DNA from: Psammoneis japonica
Taxonomy: Eukaryota
DNA length: 64,000 nucleotides
Assembly (NCBI GenBank): GCA_008632985.1
Contig: QPGO01000028.1
Location: 181,598 to 245,597, forward strand
Direction: 5' to 3'
The notes beneath the pieces are model-generated. The model was given only the letters and a program-made list of their open reading frames with translations. It ran no database searches and was not told where the DNA came from. A program made the position numbers and the translations under genes. Positions 61,742-64,000 of the stretch are shown in pieces; position 1 is the first letter of the stretch; the number at the start of each line of letters is the position of its first letter.

Positions 61742-62989
61742 TCAGTGCTCCATCAAAGGAAAGCGAGAGTCGTGGGGGTTCGTCATGTCCAAGAGAAGAG
61801 CCACAAGCCCAGCCGCGCCCTCGTACAGCGAGTACGGACGATCCGGTACGAGCTCAAGTTCTTCAAAAGCATTGACTGCAAAGCAAGTAAAATGCGAGGC
61901 TCTTTGTAGCCACAATGGGTTTGACGGTTGTGCTCTGGCTATGGATAACAAAGCGTACGCATTTCCGGAGATTCCGTGACAAAGCCCAACCCCTTTTCGC
62001 AAGAGTCCTCGTTTCCAAATGACATTCTCGGCAATTCGCTTTGCTTGATCAAGAAAACGTGATTCTTGGTAGAACTCAGATGCTTTTACCAAGAGCATGA
62101 CATGCCCAGGCGCACCGTGACACCAGTGTACCAACCGATCTCCGCCATGGCTATCCACACTACTCATGAGATTTCCCGACTCAAAGCAGTGCTCACTCAA
62201 ATCATCAATGGATTGGCGAATCAATTGACATATTGGAATGCTTAAATGGGCTTCCAAGAACTCATATTCTTCGGCTTGCAGGTACATCAAAGTGTGCAGA
62301 ATGCCCACATGACCATGAGCAGCACCCAAGTAGATCTTGTTGTGCCACGTCCATAGCAAAGGCATCTTGCTGCCACATCGCTGCGCTTTTTCTCGCCCTT
62401 GAGTCAAAATTGACGTGGCCAACTCAATGACTAGATTGCGGCCTATTGTAGAATCATGCAACTGCTCACGAAGAAACAGAGCAACCTGTAGTGCTCCGGC
62501 TCGGCCGTACAAGACTTCGCATTCGTCGCCGGGCAAAGCGCTGCATTCTCTTGATAGAACATGGAGTAGCTGTGACACACTCTGCCGGGCTTCTTGTTGT
62601 CTACCCAGCTCGAACTGCAAGGCACAAACCGCAGCCATTGCCCCAACCCATGGTCCCTCCAATAATGTGACGCGAAAATTCCTACTATCAGTTCTCCTCC
62701 TTTCTTGGTAATCGACTGCCTCTTGAGCAACCGTCAAGGATTGCTCCAAAAGCTTCTTTGCTTCCACAGGGTTACTTGCTTTGATCACCTGAGCCATTCG
62801 TAACCCAAGGTATACACGAGGCCCTAACCCACCGCAATACAATGTACCGAGAGAACCAGAGGATGATGTGTTGCGAACACATTTGTTCTGAAGATTTGTT
62901 GCCATTCTCATAAGCTCTTCTTGACTCGGCAACTCCGCATCACTCGAGTCGGACAATGTATTTTGATAATAGCGTGAGGCAGACATCAT
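61742..62989 (-). CDS. LanC-like protein (LANCL/GCR2 family)
   Basis: EVLYGRAG, YLGAAHG, HWCHGAPG, GLCHGISGN and PDRPYSLYEG motifs. Confidence 0.93.
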   Translation of the reverse strand: MMSASRYYQNTLSDSSDAELPSQEELMRMATNLQNKCVRNTSSSGSLGTLYCGGLGPRVYLGLRMAQVIKASNPVEAKKLLEQSLTVAQEAVDYQERRRTDSRNFRVTLLEGPWVGAMAAVCALQFELGRQQEARQSVSQLLHVLSRECSALPGDECEVLYGRAGALQVALFLREQLHDSTIGRNLVIELATSILTQGREKAQRCGSKMPLLWTWHNKIYLGAAHGHVGILHTLMYLQAEEYEFLEAHLSIPICQLIRQSIDDLSEHCFESGNLMSSVDSHGGDRLVHWCHGAPGHVMLLVKASEFYQESRFLDQAKRIAENVIWKRGLLRKGVGLCHGISGNAYALLSIARAQPSNPLWLQRASHFTCFAVNAFEELELVPDRPYSLYEGAAGLVALLLDMTNPHDSRFPLMEH

Positions 62990-63345
62990 GTCCTAATGAC
63001 TGTGAAAAAAGGGATACCACACGTTAGAAAGTGCAGGGTGCGTGGCTCATTGAGTGTCAATAGTGTCATGGTCGATCGAGAATCGAGATGCACGGCAGCG
63101 GTTGGGGTTGAATGTGTCATTGAGCACCATGGCTGGTGCATGAGGAGTGGCACCTTCAACTGTGCCAACCAGTCGACCTCAATCACTGGTTGTGGCCATG
63201 TGAAGTTTGCAGGCAAGAATGGCATTTGTGGCTCTCCCCTTCCTCTGTGCCGGACATTGAGTTGGCTGGACCCTTTGATGTTCAGTCCTCTGGTTGTGAT
63301 GACAGATCTTGCCATGATCTGGTCATGGACTTGTGTGCTGGTGCA

Positions 63346-63457
63346 GATGAATGTCAGCTCAGTGCCAACCCCTGCGCCAATGTTGCAAACAGCTTGTGCC
63401 TGAATTAACCTGGAAGCTGTGAACGGGTGTGCAGCATCAGCTTTGAGGGTGATGGTG
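63346..63457 (+). pseudogene. Calcium-binding EGF-like domain relic inside a hypermutated block (62990-64000)
   Basis: DECQLSANPCANVANSLCLN*PGSCERVCSISFEGDG fits DEC..C..C.N.PGSY.C.C..GF.GDG. Confidence 0.55.
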
Positions 63458-64000
63458 CACTCCACAGTGACACCATGGCAGAATGATTCATGATTGATGA
63501 GACCTGCATGACCTTCCCAACAGGCAGCACCAGCAAGGTGATGATGGTGAGCAGCTGTGACAAAACAGACCCTTTGTTTGATCCAGGTGCATTGGAGCAA
63601 GACAAGCCCCTGGTGACAGGTCTTTGAAAGCCCTGTCAGCTTTGCACACTCCATCTGCTGAACCATTTGTCTCTCTTGTCCTGAGCATTTCCCATTGGAT
63701 GCTTCAGACATGACTGGGCCTCCAAGCTGTGCTGAAAATGGGGTTCTGCCATCATGCACAAAGCACACCAGCATCAAGCAGGCCACATTGATGATGGTCA
63801 TCACCCAGTCAACCCTGATGATGAAAGGACTGGTTTTGATTGTGTCATCATTTTCTGCAATCAAACAAAGAAATGGAGGTGGCACTGGACTCTTTGTGCC
63901 ATCTTCCCTTGCGTCTTTTCCCGCACCAAAAACCTTCAGGACTGTGCCTTGAATCTTGTGAGGGATGACACCAGCTTGGTTGCCACAGATGAACACTGGC

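Noticed and set aside
61742..62989. Lanthipeptide biosynthetic cluster
   Set aside because: Stand-alone eukaryotic LANCL-type gene; no LanB/LanM, precursor peptide or transporter nearby.
62986..63996. 336-aa minus-strand ORF as a gene
   Set aside because: It lies in a TA-depleted block with no recognisable motif; the EGF-like relic is on the opposite strand.
1..64000. Classical RIP or CpG deamination as the sole explanation
   Set aside because: C to T changes create TA rather than remove it; TA versus TG/CA pairs, with TA ancestral by protein conservation, require A to G / T to C.

Overview
Eukaryotic genomic DNA, most likely from a diatom or related stramenopile (short GT-AG introns, bipartite plastid-targeting peptides, diatom-type Copia elements, helicase-associated (HA) repeat genes). 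The window is a mosaic. One part is ordinary genes of normal composition: two HA-repeat gene copies, a sulfotransferase, an alpha/beta hydrolase, a 4x CP12-like protein, a two-pore K+ channel and a LanC-like protein. The other part is large blocks of nested transposons and duplicated gene fragments: a MULE transposase relic, two Copia LTR elements with intact target-site duplications (TSDs), an AcademH-like terminal-inverted-repeat (TIR) element, a Harbinger, MITEs and an interrupted kinase. The main observation is that the repeat blocks have undergone a strand-symmetric, context-specific hypermutation converting TpA to TpG or CpA (A:T to G:C), on top of CpG decay. Every difference I could find between the two LTRs of each retroelement falls in TA/TG/CA/CG dinucleotides, conserved Tyr codons have become Cys or His (RT YVDD to HVDD), and the domain borders are sharp. 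This looks like a RIP-like genome-defence process with the opposite mutational direction to fungal RIP; I do not know of a description of it, but I cannot search the literature. All alignments were done by eye, so coordinates not anchored on TSDs or splice sites are approximate.
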